63,595 nucleotides of DNA, from NCBI RefSeq assembly GCF_001194135.2, contig NC_068988.1:41906670-41970264 (forward strand). Direction: 5' to 3'. Shown here piece by piece: positions 14,131 to 28,275 of the stretch. The position numbers were made by a program, and so were the translations under genes. This DNA is from Octopus bimaculoides (lineage: Eukaryota). Numbering within the stretch: the first letter of the stretch is position 1; each line of letters begins with the position of its first letter. A model generated the notes under the pieces. It ran no database searches and was not told where the DNA came from. It saw only the letters and a list, made by a program, of their open reading frames with translations.

Positions 14131-14828
14131 CACATATATGTATGTATATCAGTATTATCATTAATATTCTGAATGTAGTTGAAATAAGAGAAATAAAAAG
14201 AAATAAAAGTATGATTGAAGTAAAGTAAAACAAGTTTTATTAACCCAATTAAATATAGGTAATGTTAATGCAGTAAAATCCTTTCTGCTATAGGCACAAG
14301 GCCTGAAATATATGGGAGAACACACTGCTCAGCTAGTACTTATTTCATCGACCCCACAGGATATTTGTATATACATACATATGTATATACACACACTTAT
14401 GCACACTCTGTATTCACATACACCTCTATATGAGGCATGTAACATATGGTCATGTAACCTATGTACAGGTAATTCAATACTAGAATTCACCTTGACCTTA
14501 TTTTGCTATTTTAGTATAAATATATACATGAAATCGTGCTCAATAATACACAGCTAAATCATGATGTATTTTCTTCTCTGACTGCTGTCACAATTCCCCT
14601 GCTACCAGCTTCTATATTTCAGTCAGAAAGTAACATCCATTCATAAAACAACAGTACTTAGTGACGGGAAGGGAAACCTGGGTACATACAGAGAAATAGA
14701 GAGAGTGAAAAAGAGGAAGAGAAAGAGAATATGTGAGAGAAAGTGAGGAGGGTATATGCTTTTATTGTTATTCTTTTATTTTTTTCACTGGTTACAACAG
14801 TCATGCACACATACATACACACAGAGGC

Positions 14829-14866
<38 letters not shown>

Positions 14867-15113
14867 TTGTGTTGTCCGAAAAGAAACAGGGGTAGTGGAG
14901 TGGTAGATAAGGGGAAAGTTTACACTTTACACCCGAATATCGATAAATTATTTGTAAGAGTAAACATCCACAAAACGCATGATGTCAATCAAAGCAAAAT
15001 TAGGTGATAAAGACTTCAAATATTGCCTTAGAGAAAACTTGAGATAAATAGCCATAGCCTTAAGCTTCTCTACATAGATTCTACCAGGAATAAGTACGAA
15101 CCTGAGTCAAATC

Positions 15114-15300
<187 letters not shown>

Positions 15301-15452
15301 TTTTTTCTAACTTTGACACAAGCTCAGCAATTTCAAAAGATAGGCAAGTCGATTGTCGATTATACTGACCCCAGTACTTGCCTGGTACTGCATTTTACCA
15401 CCCTGTGAAGGAATGAAAAATCGTGGTGGGATTAATAATAATAATAATAATG

Positions 15453-15497
<45 letters not shown>

Positions 15498-15814
15498 AAG
15501 CGAAAACTGTTCTTATCATTGACATGAAAAAACAAAAGGATGGCAGGAACATCTAGGTAAAATCCCAGGAGGCCCATTTCTCACAGAATTCAAAAAAATT
15601 GTGTTGACAAGTACCGTCCATATTCTAAGAAAACTAGCAACGTAAACGTTTTTTACTGTGCTCTGTTGTACCAATGTACTGTCTTCCCCAATTTCCCTGC
15701 CAAAACTTTAAACTATATCTAAACATCTATTAACCATCACGTGTCCTACGTCACTAGGTATGTCCCAGCAAGTGATTATGTCAAACAGATGAAAGGCAAA
15801 ATAATAATGATAAT

Positions 15815-16170
15815 AATAATGATGATGATGATTTCATTTATTTGCTACACTGGCAAAGGATGAGCGAGACAATACAGGGACAGGCATAAAGTATGGGGAT
15901 TTACATATAATGAAATAAAAAAGAGAAGTATACAAAGTATACACTGAGAAAGAAGGGACATATGTATAGCATAAAAAGGTTAAAAAATGGTGGGGACCAT
16001 GATAGAGATGTGGTCCTCCTGATGCAGGAAGGCTTCTAGGGATAATCGAGAAACCCCACTGTCCGAGATTTCCCTGAAACCCCAGGAGAAAATGCCCTCT
16101 CCAATTCCTTCTCTCCGACTCACAGGCCTACACTTTCATAAACCTTGAAACGATAGGTAGAAAATTTTTT
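15815..16170 (-). mobile_element. Probable 3' end of a non-LTR retrotransposon
   Basis: Minus strand: coding-like stretch, then pyrimidine-rich UTR-like sequence, AATAAA and an (ATC)n/(ATT)n tail. Clade not assignable. Confidence 0.4.
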
Positions 16171-16926
16171 TCACAGTATATCAGACCAACCACATATAGC
16201 TGGATATATTTTAGTCAAAAGACGACATAACAGATTCTCTCAGATTCTTATGAAGCTTAAACATGCCCTGGGCCAATTTTAACCGATGCATAAAGTTTGC
16301 CAAAGTTTTATATATATGTGTGTATCCGTCTTCTGTCAGTGTTTGTACGCGTGTATGTGTATGAACGTATATGAGTGTATGTGTGTGTATATACATTATA
16401 TGTATGTATGTAGTATGTATGTATTATGTGATTGTGTTAAATGAATAAAGGAGTACACTATACACGTTTAAGATTATATGTTTAATGAAAATTGGGTGTT
16501 TGTTTCGTGATTCAACAACGTGATCTTCCGGCTATATAAGTGAAGATCGTGTTTGAGTGAAACTCGAATCATGGAGGTAAGCATGCATTTCAATTGGCAC
16601 ACAGACACACACACACACACACACATACACACACACACACATACACACACGCACGCACACACGCATACAAACATACATACATACGATTGTGTATATCACT
16701 CAATATCTAGAATGAATCATCTGGTTGTGTAGATATTTCGTAATCACTGCGTGAAGAAAATTATATAACACACCATCAAGCATGAGAATTAGCTGAATTA
16801 ATTAATTAAGGGAGTATTAATTAGATCTCATGCAAACTTCGGTGCAGTTATAACCGCACAAGTATTCTGTCGTTGAAATGTTTTATGTATATGTATTTGA
16901 ATATGTGTGTGTTGCGCGCGCGCGCG

Positions 16927-16986
<60 letters not shown>

Positions 16987-17066
16987 NNNNNNNNNNNNNN
17001 NNNNNNNNNNNNNNNNNNNNNNNNNNNNNNNNNNNNNNNNNNNTGTGTGTGTGTGTGTGTGTGTGC

Positions 17067-17113
<47 letters not shown>

Positions 17114-17749
17114 CAGGGCTAGAGAGAAAGAACAAAAATAAGACAGAGAGAAAGAGAAAGAATAAATCATATAGTGATATATAGATATTGTAATTAACGC
17201 ATGAAGCTAATTACATATCATACGGAACACGTTCTGAATGCTAAATAAGGTCCACCTGGGTAAATTTCGTGATTTTTCATCTGTTGCAGCCACGTGTTCT
17301 TCCACTAGGGATTTCAAAGAAATAAATATTCTGGTATAGAGTGAATTAATTCGTACGATCGGTATGTTGTGTTAATGTAATTTTCTTCAACATATGAATG
17401 ACTTGTTGGTTGTAAACAAGTGTCTCCCAACCTTTTGTCTTCTTGAATGTCAACCTCCAGCATGATGCTACTTATTATTATGTAATAAATGGAATGGGTT
17501 TATCGCCACCTCAGTATAATATTATTTTGCAAATCATCTGCTTTATGGCCCTTAACGATCTCTCCTCGGTTAGGTAATATTGATCCCCGTGGCAGTTACT
17601 GGTATAAACATAATGATGACTGTGTAGTTAGGTGTTCGCTTAGTAGCCATAAGATTTCGGGTTCGATCTTCGTGTGTGACACTCATTACAGGAAAAGAGA
17701 AGATATCATAACTTCGAGTTTACCAAACCCTTATATATGGAACTAGGTC

Positions 17750-18230
17750 GTCGTCACCTGCTTTATCTTGTATCCTTGGTTCCGAAAGTTATGGAACACC
17801 GCCGCATGGTATGGTCTCGGTTTTGTGTTTGAAACGATTTAAACTCAAGATCTGTGTCTTTCAGTGTTATTCTGAGTTGGTATTTGTAACTCCAAAGAGA
17901 GAATCCTCGTGGTCTTTTCCCTGAAATGAGCTCGCTGAATAAGACTTGGCCTGTGAACTTTGACTCTTCCATTCTTGATACACGTCTTGTAGATATATAA
18001 CGAACTGTATGAAAGCTTGTCAGAGGCACTGTGTCTATTTTGGTGTGGAAGACATTGTTTAACGCTTTTTTTTTTTGTTTTGAAACCACTTTATGGTCTT
18101 CGGATACTTTTAGCAGAGACCAATATGTTGCAAGACTTCGAGCCAGGCGATATTCTGAAGATAATTTCCCACGTTCCTACCACTAGTCTCCGAGTATACT
18201 GGAAAAATTCGTAGTTTCTACCATGTGTAC
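17750..18230 (-). mobile_element. RTE/BovB-like LINE ORF C-terminal relic
   Basis: RVSRMEESKFTGQVLFSELISGKRPRG..YKYQLRITLKDTDL..QNRDHTMRR matches HV.RM...PK..L.GEL..GKR.RG...YKD.LK..L...DR..WR. Confidence 0.8.
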
Positions 18231-18279
18231 ATCATAAAAAATATAAGAAGAAAAGTAAGAATTATGTCTGTGTGGTTAA

Positions 18280-18620
18280 TTACAGGGTTTCAAGTTCAGT
18301 CGCACTGTACAGCACCTCTACTATATGTCCCCGGGCCGACCAATGCCTTGTGAATAAATTCGATAAATAGAAAGTGTGTGTAACCCGTCGTATATGTGTG
18401 GGGGGAGGGTGTGTTTTCACGCTTCTACTGCTTGACAACCGGTGTTGTTTATTTGTTAACGTTCCTATGAGGTAGCGGTTCGGCAAAAGAAAATCGATAA
18501 AATAAGAACCAAACTTTAAAAATAAGTACTGGAATTGGTAAATTCGACTAAACCCTTTTAAGCTGTGCCTCAGTATCGCCACAGTTCAATTATTGTAGCA
18601 AGTGAATGATAAAACAAGAT
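18280..18620 (+). mobile_element. Decayed copy of the abundant CORE-like SINE (family B)
   Basis: CCGGGCCGACCAATGCCTTGTGA...GCTTGACAACCGG...AGCGGTTCGGCAAAAG...ATAAGTACT, homologous to 24004-24422. Confidence 0.7.
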
Positions 18621-19215
18621 TAAGAAGTTGTTTATTGATTGAACCATCTCTAGCCGTCGATTTCCACTTCATTCATCACCAACCCCGCTACAACCGATCT
18701 TATCAATGTCTGACCTCAAACGGGATTTTAAACTAGGTTACCAATACTCTACAAATTAAATAAGAATCAAATAAAAATAAAAAATAGAACTAGCATTTAA
18801 AAATGTAAAAAACAGATAAAAAATGGTATTTATAAATTAGAAAAAATTAACGCATAAAATTTTTTGCGGGGAGAAGGTATTTTTAATTCAAAAATCATAC
18901 AGAAACATCTCGAATGCTAAAAGTAAAAATTGTATTTTTGGTATAATTTCTAACAGAGCTTATTAATTTAATTGCTAGGATTGGTGTTTCTTTAATTTGT
19001 AATGACTTTGTTAATGATACACACGTTAATGAAGTTGCTGTTGTTATTGTTGTTGTTAGTGTGAAGATGGATGTTGTGATAATGATTGTTGTGATAATGA
19101 TTGTTGTGATAATGGTTGTTGTGGTGATGATAGTGCTTGTTATAGTTTTTGTTAATATGATACTTGTGTTGTGTGCTACTCGTATACCTTTTTTTTTACT
19201 CTTGTTATTTTTCTT

Positions 19216-19797
19216 GGAGGAGGCGAGCTGGCAGAACCGTTAGTACACCAGACAAAATGCTTAGCGGCATTTGGTGCGTCTTTACGTTCTGAGCTAAAAT
19301 TCTGCCGAGGCCGACTTTACTTTTTCATCCTTTCAGGATCGGTAAAATAATTGCCAGTCAACGTAAACGATTTCCTCCTCCCACCCCTGCGGGCTTTGTG
19401 CCAAAATTTCAAACCATTATGGCTAGTACTCATGAAGGTAGCGAGCTAGGGAAAACCGTTATATGCCGGACAAAATGCTTAGCGGCATTACTTCCGCCTT
19501 TACGTTCTGAGCTAAAAATTCCGCCGAGGTCGACTTTGCTGCTCATCCTTTCAGGGTCGTTGAAGTAAGTGGAGTTTATGTAATCAACTTCCCTCTCTCC
19601 TCATAAATTGCTGGTCCTATGCCAAAATTTGAAACCATTATTAATCATCGTTCTTGAAGCCAGTGAGCTGGGAAAACCGTTGGCACGCCGTGTGTCTTTA
19701 CGTTTTGAGCTCAAATTCTGTCGCGGTCGACTTTACTTTTCATCCTTTTCGGGTCAATAAAATAAAAACTACTACGTGCCAAAGTTTGAAACCATTA
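19216..19797 (+). mobile_element. Head-to-tail trimer of tRNA-derived SINE (family A)
   Basis: Three units (about 19216, 19435, 19658), each with GCGAGCT(G/A)G...TTTACGTT(C/T)TGAGCT...GTCGACTTT..TCATCCTTT and each ending GCCAAA(A/G)TTT(G/C)AAACCATTAT. Confidence 0.8.
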
Positions 19798-19829
19798 TTT
19801 TTGTTGTAATTTGTTGGTTGTTTCTGTGG

Positions 19830-20640
19830 TGGTAATGTTTGCGGTGGGGCCACTGCTGGTGGCGATGGTGTTAGTGGTGGTAGCAGTGGTGGTGGCGCTG
19901 ATGCTACTAGTAGTGTTGGTTTATATTGTTTTAGACTGTGATTGGCTGCTTCCAGGTCAGATATAACTGAACAGAACTATGATGAAAGCTCTGCTATCTA
20001 TGACCATCAAATATTTGCAGAGAATTGTTGAACAACATTATACAGCATTCCCAAAACGGCGGAGTGATAGCTTAAGGAGATTTAACTGTAATTGCTAGCA
20101 GGACGAGCGACCTCTTAGGGGTTCTTTGTGTTTGTTCTGATAAATGTGATATAATGTTCTTGCTCATGATTGGTGACGGAGGCGATTCTAATTGTGGCAG
20201 TGCTGGTGGTGGGTGTGCAGGTGTTGATTAAGGGAATGGTAGTCGTGGTGGTGGTATCCTAGGTGATGATGACGATGGCAGTTGGGATGATGTGATTGAT
20301 GATGATGATGGTGATGATGATGATGATCACAATGACGATGATCATGATCATGATGTCGATGACGACGACGGTAACTGTGCTGCTGCTGGTGCCGCTGAAG
20401 ATACATGACGATAACGACGACGAAGAGAACGATGATGGTGGTGGTGCTGGTGGCGCTGGTGGTGCTGGTGGTGGTGGCGGCGGCGGCGGTGGTGATGGTG
20501 GTGGAGGTGGTGATGACGACGATGGTGGCGATGCTACTGTTGCTGCTGATGGTGATGATGATAATGCGATGATGATGATGATGATGATGTTATGATGATG
20601 ATGTTGATGATGGTAGTAGTGATGATGATGATGATTTAGT
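19830..20640. repeat. Degenerate (GGT/GAT/GAC)n low-complexity tract
   Basis: Direct reading; source of the poly-His, poly-Gly and poly-Met ORFs. Confidence 0.85.
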
Positions 20641-21017
20641 TGAAATTGTTGTTGATGTTGTTCACAGTAATCGAGCTGTTCTTATTCTTGTTTGTAATGA
20701 TGGTTGGTGATGTTGACGTAAATGTGTGACGGGGCATGTCCGCTTAATATGTTTATTGTTATTGTTACTTTTTTCATTTCTCTTTTGTGCGTGTGTGTGC
20801 GCGCGTGTGTGTGCGCGCGTGCGTGTATTGTTACTACTACTGTTACTACAACTGTTGCAGCTTCTATTATTGTCATGTAATTACTTAATACATCCTCTCT
20901 CACTCTTACTCGCTGTCTCTCTCTCTCTTTCTCTCTACTTATTTATCTATCTATCCATATCTATCTCTCCCATATCTCTTAGTCTCTTCTAATTGCTGGT
21001 TCTTTATTTTTACATCT

Positions 21018-21075
21018 TCTATCTCCTAGTTTATTCTGGTTTTCGTATTTCATAAAACCAGACTCATCAGATAGA
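21018..21075 (-). ncRNA. Decayed hammerhead-like motif
   Basis: Minus: TCTAT-CTGATGA-G-TCTGGTTTT..AAAACCAGA-A-TAAAC-TAGGAG-ATAGA. Stem II is a perfect 9 bp and stem I is TCTAT/ATAGA; GAAA and the cleavage triplet are mutated. Confidence 0.4.
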
Positions 21076-21419
21076 CGAGTTCTTTCTCAGTCAATCTATC
21101 TCATTAGAAATCAAAGATTAGACTGGATTTATGACTTATTGATCGATTTATTGATTTATCGATCAAGAACACGTGCTCCATGGTCGAGTCCATATGATAA
21201 AGGACACTAAATAGAAGCGATGGCTCTTTCTGTTCTGCTGAGATTATACTGAGCCATTGTATGCTAAATACGGTGAAAAAATTGTTAGATCTTCCGTCGT
21301 GTGTATTATAACGCAGGTGACCGTGTATTCCGCAGACAAATTTATATTTAATGTAATCGTTGGACAGAATCAGTATAATATAATATGGGAGAATAGCTAA
21401 ACCACTGTATTACGGATTC

Positions 21420-21715
21420 TAGTTGATGCGATCAACGGAACGGCCTGGTCGCGAAATTAACGTGCAAGTGGTTGAGCAATCCACAGACACGCGTGCCCAT
21501 AACACGGTTCTCAAAGAGATTCAGCGTGACACAGAATATGACAAGGCTGGACCATTGAATTACAGGTACAGTTCGTTTTTGACAGCTGAGTGGACTGGAG
21601 CAACGTGGAATAAAGTGTCTTGCTCAAGGACATAACGCACCGCCGGGTATCGAACTCGTGACCTTACCACTGTCAGCCGAATATCGTAACCACTAAGCCA
21701 GGCGTCTTTACATCA
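21420..21715 (-). mobile_element. tRNA-derived SINE
   Basis: Minus head TGGCTTAGTGGTTACG...GAGTTCGATACCC; 3' half shared with 5381-5765. Confidence 0.8.
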
Positions 21716-24003
21716 CATTACAGGTACTGTACATCAAGCAGTTTTTGACACAGTATCTACCTATGTTTCGCTGACACGACTTTCGACAACTTCAAGTTTT
21801 AGAAGACGACGTACTGTAGGTTCGTACACAGGATCTCGTTATTGCGAACCCACTTTATTAACGACACGGCCATTCCAGCGCCCATTATTATAAATACAAA
21901 GAAGGGCAGAGAGCTGGCAAAGTCGTTAACACGCAGGACAAAATGCTTTGCAGCGTTTCATGTCTTTAAGTTCAGAGCTCAAATTTCGACGGGGTCAACT
22001 TAGTCTTCCATACTTTTGAGGTTGATAAAAGAAGTATGAGTTGTACACTGGGCTTATCTGTTCAACTATCCCCCTCCCCTCCAAATTTCAGGCCTAGGGC
22101 TAATACTAGTAACGTGCGTATATTAGTAATGTGTATCCATCTATATGTCTGTCTGTTAGTATGTATGTATGTATGTATCTATGTATGTATGTGCGTGTGT
22201 GTGCGAGTACTGAACGGGGACTACGTATTAAGATATAGTGCTGATGTAAGAGCTAACAAAATTTATATGAAAGATATATCTATCATATGATTATAGTTTA
22301 TAAATTCGTAAGTAATTATACGACAATTATAGCAAATGCAGCAGGATAAATCAGTATAAATAGACTGACCTTCTAACGCTTGACAGTTGAATGGTAATCT
22401 GTAAAACATGCGAGACATTCGGAGAAATTAAATAGTTTAATTCGCAAGTTGGCAAAGTTGTTACAGCATAGGACAGAATCCGTTACGCTGCGAATTCAAA
22501 TCCTGTTTATGTCAACTTAGATGTTTTTCTTTCTCGGATCGCAAAAATACGAGATTAACTCTACTCTAACTCATCCCTCCCTCTCTCCCTCTTTCTAGTG
22601 ACGTGCGCGCTTGCGCTCTGGTCTGGGTACTCTGCACGTTGAGAAGGCTCGTGAAGAACTATGTACAGCATTCCTTTCTCCTGGAAGAGGATTGAACGAG
22701 ATAATATTAACCTCTTATCATAGAGTCATATACTACTGACTCTGTGCAAAAAAGGACCGATGCACTGTGCTACTGTGCATTACGGAAAGAAAATGAAGAA
22801 GGACTTTTAATAGGAAACAAAACTTTAGATATAACTATGAGGGCACAGGTCTGATGGCAAGTTCACTTCACCTAAATGATGGCAACCACACGGCAAGTAA
22901 TTGACATGACGAACGAGTTTCGTTAGATGGCCTGGTCTCTTTCTATATTCAGTTTTCCTTAAGTTTCATATTCATATGTGGTTCTACATATATCTACACA
23001 TGTGTGTTTATATAAAGACATACATATATACATATGCAGAAAAATATGCACTTACACATACAAATAAAGTCTTACACAAGAAAATTTAAAATATTCACTA
23101 CACATAACATCATGAAAATATATAAAACACAACCTATTTGTGATAATACATAATAATTTCAAGTTTCATAATATGATTATTCAAGCAATCCTCAGAGAAA
23201 ACAACTTGCTTGTTAAAAAATCTCAGGTATACATTGGGCTATTATTCGAAGGTTCTGGTATTGCATTTTTAAGGGCTAATTTATTTCCCAATGGTAGCTA
23301 AAGTTCCGAGAGATGAAACACTTCAAAAATAAGGTTTAAAGATTTATAGTGTTCATTTAGAAAGTAAATTGCATAGAAAATACGAACAAGGGGGCAACGG
23401 GACATAAAATCTGTTGTATGGAAATGAGTGTAGTAAGTTAACGAGTAGATAATACAATGTATTTTTGAACAATACCAATTCAATCATACTTATTCCTTCA
23501 GAAATATAGAACAGAGAAATAGAACACAACACAACTATCCAATTATGCCGGGTATTTAAAATAACATGGCTACAGATTGTAAAGTAAAGTGGACTATCCT
23601 CGAGAGATGCACACCAAACAGAAACATGATACTGTTGTCGCTTACGCATTACTTAGAAGTTTTTTGACACTCAAATACTTACATAAATCTGCAAGCTATA
23701 TAATGTCGAGTCTGAGATTTACAGAAATGTCGCTACTTCGACAAATTCCTCCTGAACTGAATAACAGTTAATTATTTTCAAAAAAATAAAACTACACACT
23801 TTCTCCACTTTCCACTTTGGTTTTCAATTCATTAATACATAACCCTGATCTCACTATAGTTAATAACAATACACTCTTTGATAATTACCAGTCTTTATCT
23901 CTCCATTCTATTTTCCATGTAGCAGCTAAAATCGATATTGAATTAATTACTCATCAGTTTTAACACACTAATAGACACTCCAGGTCACACTATACTTTAT
24001 ATT

Positions 24004-24422
24004 TACTATTTACTATTTTACTATTTTACTTGTTTCAGTCTTTTGACTGTGGCCATGCTGGAGCACCGCCTTTAGTCGAGTAAATCGACCCCAGGACTAA
24101 TTCTTTGGAAGCCTAGTACTTATTTTATTGTCTCTTTTTGCCGAACCGCTAGGTTACGGGGACATAAACACACCAGCATCGGTTGTCAAGCGATGTTGGG
24201 GGGACAAACACAGACACACAAACACACACACATATATATACATACATATACATATATACGACGGGCTTCTTTCAGTTTCCATCTACCAAATCCACTCACA
24301 AGGCTTTGGTCGGCCCGAGGCTATAGTAGAAGACACTTGCTCAAGATGCCACGCAGTGGGACTGAACCCGGGACTATGTGGTTGGTAAGCAAGCTACTTA
24401 CCACACAGCCACTCCTACGCCT
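24004..24422 (-). mobile_element. Full-length CORE-like SINE (family B) with internal microsatellite and 8-mer tandem tail
   Basis: Head GGCGTAGGAGTGGCTGTGTGG...GGGTTCAGTCCC, CTTGAGCAAGTGTCTT (CORE-like), internal (TA/GT)n, tail (AGTAAAAT)n. Resembles octopus OR2-type SINEs from memory; not verified. Confidence 0.85.
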
Positions 24423-24791
24423 ATTGATACGCTTTTTCATGCTTCATATTTTTATATTTATATTTTATCTTTCTATGTTCATATCCATACAGAATTGTTT
24501 TGTCTTTTCTTTTTATCTCGTCTTTTTGCCTTCCTTAGATATATATTTTTATATTCTACACTTTCGACATATTTTTAACCCCACCACCTCCGCCTTTTCT
24601 AACTACAGAATGGAAGTAACTTACTCTGAACATACATGCAACAAGTTATACTGCTTTTTAACCCAAAATGTAATTCTAGAAATTCCGCTAACTAATAAAC
24701 ACTGTAAGTCACAGATTCTGTAGAAACCATTCCAGTTTGGTGTTTGACGACTGCTCGGGATAAGCTTAATATGAAACTTGAAGTTTGAACC

Positions 24792-24872
<81 letters not shown>

Positions 24873-25712
24873 GCGTGCGCGTTTGTGTCCCAATTAGGTA
24901 CACACACCGATACACATGAAGATAACCAAAACTATTACACATAAATAAATGCATACATTCGATTCCATTCATATCCACTATAATCGCAAATGAAACGCTC
25001 TTATATCTCTTCAGTAGGAAAGACACAGTGCTCAAGAAGCAATGACGAGGAGATTGATAGACAGGAAGAATTATATTTTTCTGATACGCTGCCAAACTGT
25101 GGTTATGATTACAATGTAGAGTGTCAAGTCTTGCAGATTTACTTCTATTGAAGACTTTTGTCTTTTGTTGTAACACAAATAGCCAAAACATTGAAGCTGA
25201 ATAATAATCCTGGGATAAGCTTTCGGAAAAGAATATCTGTTTATTGGTAAATAGAGAAAGTTGCAGCGGATGGCTGATGGAGGAGATAATGGGAGGAGGA
25301 AGACGAAGGAAAAGAAAAGGGAGAAATACAGTGAAACAGAAAAGGAGAAATGTTTATTAAAGTACCGGATTTCTTCGACATTCTCTTCTCTAAGCGGTAG
25401 ACTAGAAAAGAATTATGTGTGTGTGTGTAGTGTGTATGGTGTGTGTGCGTGTGTGTGCGTATGTGTGTGTGTGTGTGTCTGTGTGCGTGTGTGTGTGTGA
25501 GTGTAGGTGCGTGTGTACGAGTAACACGCTCAGGACAACTGACTAATTCGGTGTGTGTTTGGTGTATTCTTTTACGTTCTTTTGCACTTGTTTCAGTCAT
25601 TGGACTCTAACTCGATACTGCTTTGAACATGTGTGCGTGTGCCTCCGAGTACGTGTGTGTGTGTGCATGTGTGTTAGAGATAGAAAGACAGACACACAAA
25701 GCGAGAGGAAGG

Positions 25713-25825
<113 letters not shown>

Positions 25826-26599
25826 TCAACCGGCACTGAGAAACTGAGAATGCACCCCGTCGCTGTTCTGATAAAACAGCGTCAGACTGAGTAGCGAGAG
25901 GGAAAATCGTTAGCTAGCTTCGGACAAAAATAAACTCTACTACATGGGCAATCTGTCTCCTGTTAATTCTTCTGCAGAAAACAAAAGTTGATTAGTAGCA
26001 CAGCGGAGATAACAATTACATAATAATTATAGTTTCATATATGCGAACGTTTATTTATACATAGAGAATGATATAAAAATAGTAGATCAAAATAATATCG
26101 AACAAATAGTTTGTGTTACAAAGAACGGTAGTTCAGGCGTTAGAACCAAAAGAAAAAGAACATAATGCATAAATAAGTTAGTAAAAAAAAATGCGTATAC
26201 AGAAATGTTTGTATATTAATGTTTATTACGTAGTATGAAAAAGGTGAATTACGGCTCTTTTTAGAGCAGCATGAAAAAATGGAGAAAAAATAGATACACT
26301 TTTACGGTTACTGACAGAAATAATATACTACTTTGCGTATTACTTCATCTATTGATGCATCTTGTATTGTGACTAGCTTAAAGAACTTAAAGAACAAGTT
26401 CTGTTGGAAGCAGAGATTCTATTATTGCCATAGACAAAGAAGAATAGCGTGTGGGTATAAGATGCGATGGCTTGTAATAATCGTCTCAGCTACAATGGCT
26501 TGTTATAGCAATATGCGTCCGAACATTATTTTTGTATTCCAGCAACTTGTCGGAATTGGTCTAGTTTCTTCATAGAAGATGAAAGATGTGCAAGTAGTA

Positions 26600-26819
26600 T
26601 ACGAGGGGATGCTGGAAAGTTCCTGGCTTTGGGTAAAAGAAAATACAAGGGGATCAGTTGATTATGATCTTATTCAAAATACTCCCCTCTCAGATTCACA
26701 CAATTATTGCAGTAGTGCTAAGTCGTTTCTAAGCTTTATAATGAAATCGGGAGGTTGGGCCTCCAACCAGGTCTTTCGCGATATCCTTAAAGCCAGGAAC
26801 TTTTCAGCACTCATTCGTA
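26600..26819. mobile_element. Mariner-derived MITE with TA TSD
   Basis: TA|CGAGGGGATGCTGGAAAGTTCCTGGCTTT ... AAAGCCAGGAACTTTTCAGCACTCATTCG|TA, ~29-bp TIRs. Confidence 0.85.
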
Positions 26820-27459
26820 ATTCGGAATGAGCAGTGGTTAGGTATTGTTTACTGCAAAGCAACATGGATAGTTGTTATAGATGTGACTGGTGTGTGAACT
26901 TCTGGAGAAGGCTGTTGTATCGGGGTTGATACATGAACTTACATGGCTATAGAGTAAGCCCCATGATGGTTGATGTTTACTCCACTAAAAACATGAACAC
27001 CAGTAGGTCAAACTGTAGAGAAGCTATTGACATTGATGTAGGACACGGCGGTGAAGCGCCAGTTGGGAGAGATGAAAGAGTAAATAGGATTTTTTTAAAT
27101 ATTTCCTTCTCAGAAATAAGGGTAGATTCCTTTCTTGTATAACCTTGATCTTGACTTTCAAAGCTGAATTGATACGGAATATTCGATTGCGAAATTGGAA
27201 GATTTGATTCCACGTCAGATAACTGTATTACCAAACAATCTTCATTTATACAAGCGCAATTGCATAGTGTTAGTAGCAAAACTTTTTCTAAACAATGTAA
27301 TCAGTGGCTTTCTCTGGTACCATACTAACAAATTAGTTGACATAATGCTGCTGCTAATTAACGTGCAGGCGCGCCCTTGTTGATATTCAGATAAATATTT
27401 GCAAAATCAAACATATAGGATGCGTGTCCAAACAAATCACACGATGCGGATATAGTTTT

Positions 27460-27507
<48 letters not shown>

Positions 27508-27900
27508 GTATGTATATATATAATGTATTATTATATATACATATATGTACCTATGTATGTATGCATAGGCATATGTATATAACCAATAAAATATAAACAA
27601 ATGACAGTTGTTATCACGTCTACAACAAGAATAGTTGGATTGACGTGATCTGGTTTCGAATATAATTTATTCCATCTGGGTAATTTGTTCCAAGCTAAGT
27701 ATACTATTCTTATGCTCATGGAGAGGTATAAAGCTCATAATTATTTATAGCCACTAGATATAACGATATGTGTAAATCCCTTAGTATGGTTTGCATAATT
27801 TATGGTTTTAACTGGCTTCTAATTCAATCAATTATTTGCTATTAATTGTTATCTAAATTAATTCGGAGTCAATCACCGTTTTCCTTTTTTCTTTCCGCAG

Positions 27901-27966
27901 AAAACATAACAATAACTATTTGCTTGTGTTTGTTAAAACTCACTCTGTGACGGCTGAAAATGCTAG
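27901..27966 (+). other. Candidate 66-nt internal exon of an unidentified host gene
   Basis: 18-nt pure pyrimidine tract plus GCAG at 27900; donor TAG|GTATCT; one open frame (KHNNNYLLVFVKTHSVTAENA). No recognisable protein. Confidence 0.3.
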
Positions 27967-28201
27967 GTATCTTTATATCAAATTTCCATGGCATTTTTAC
28001 ACTCGCGCTTTCTAACACTAGTGATCATTACTAACAAAGATACCCATGGTTAACAAGAATGATCAACAGAAACACGAATAGAAACATCCAAAAATTTACA
28101 AGGATGTTTAAGACCAACAATGATATTCAGTGTTAACAAATTTTCCGTGAGAAATCCCAAGGATACTTACAAATACAAGTATTGTTATTATCTGGAACGT
28201 G

Positions 28202-28275
28202 TACGAGGGGTGCTGAAAAGTTACTGGCTTTGGGTAAAAGTAAATACGGCAGGATCAGCTAATTTTGATTTTATG
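28202..28275. mobile_element. Truncated copy of the mariner MITE
   Basis: TACGAGGGGTGCTGAAAAGTTACTGGCTTTGGGTAAAAG matches the left end of 26600. Confidence 0.75.

Noticed and set aside
20188-20595. Poly-His / poly-Gly-Asp ORFs as real proteins
   Set aside because: They are translations of a degenerate trinucleotide tract with no splice or domain support.
26280-27420. ORFs at 26333-27383 as host exons or a retroelement/helicase
   Set aside because: Only faint, ambiguous motif resemblance, many stops, and interrupted by a MITE; no call can be supported.
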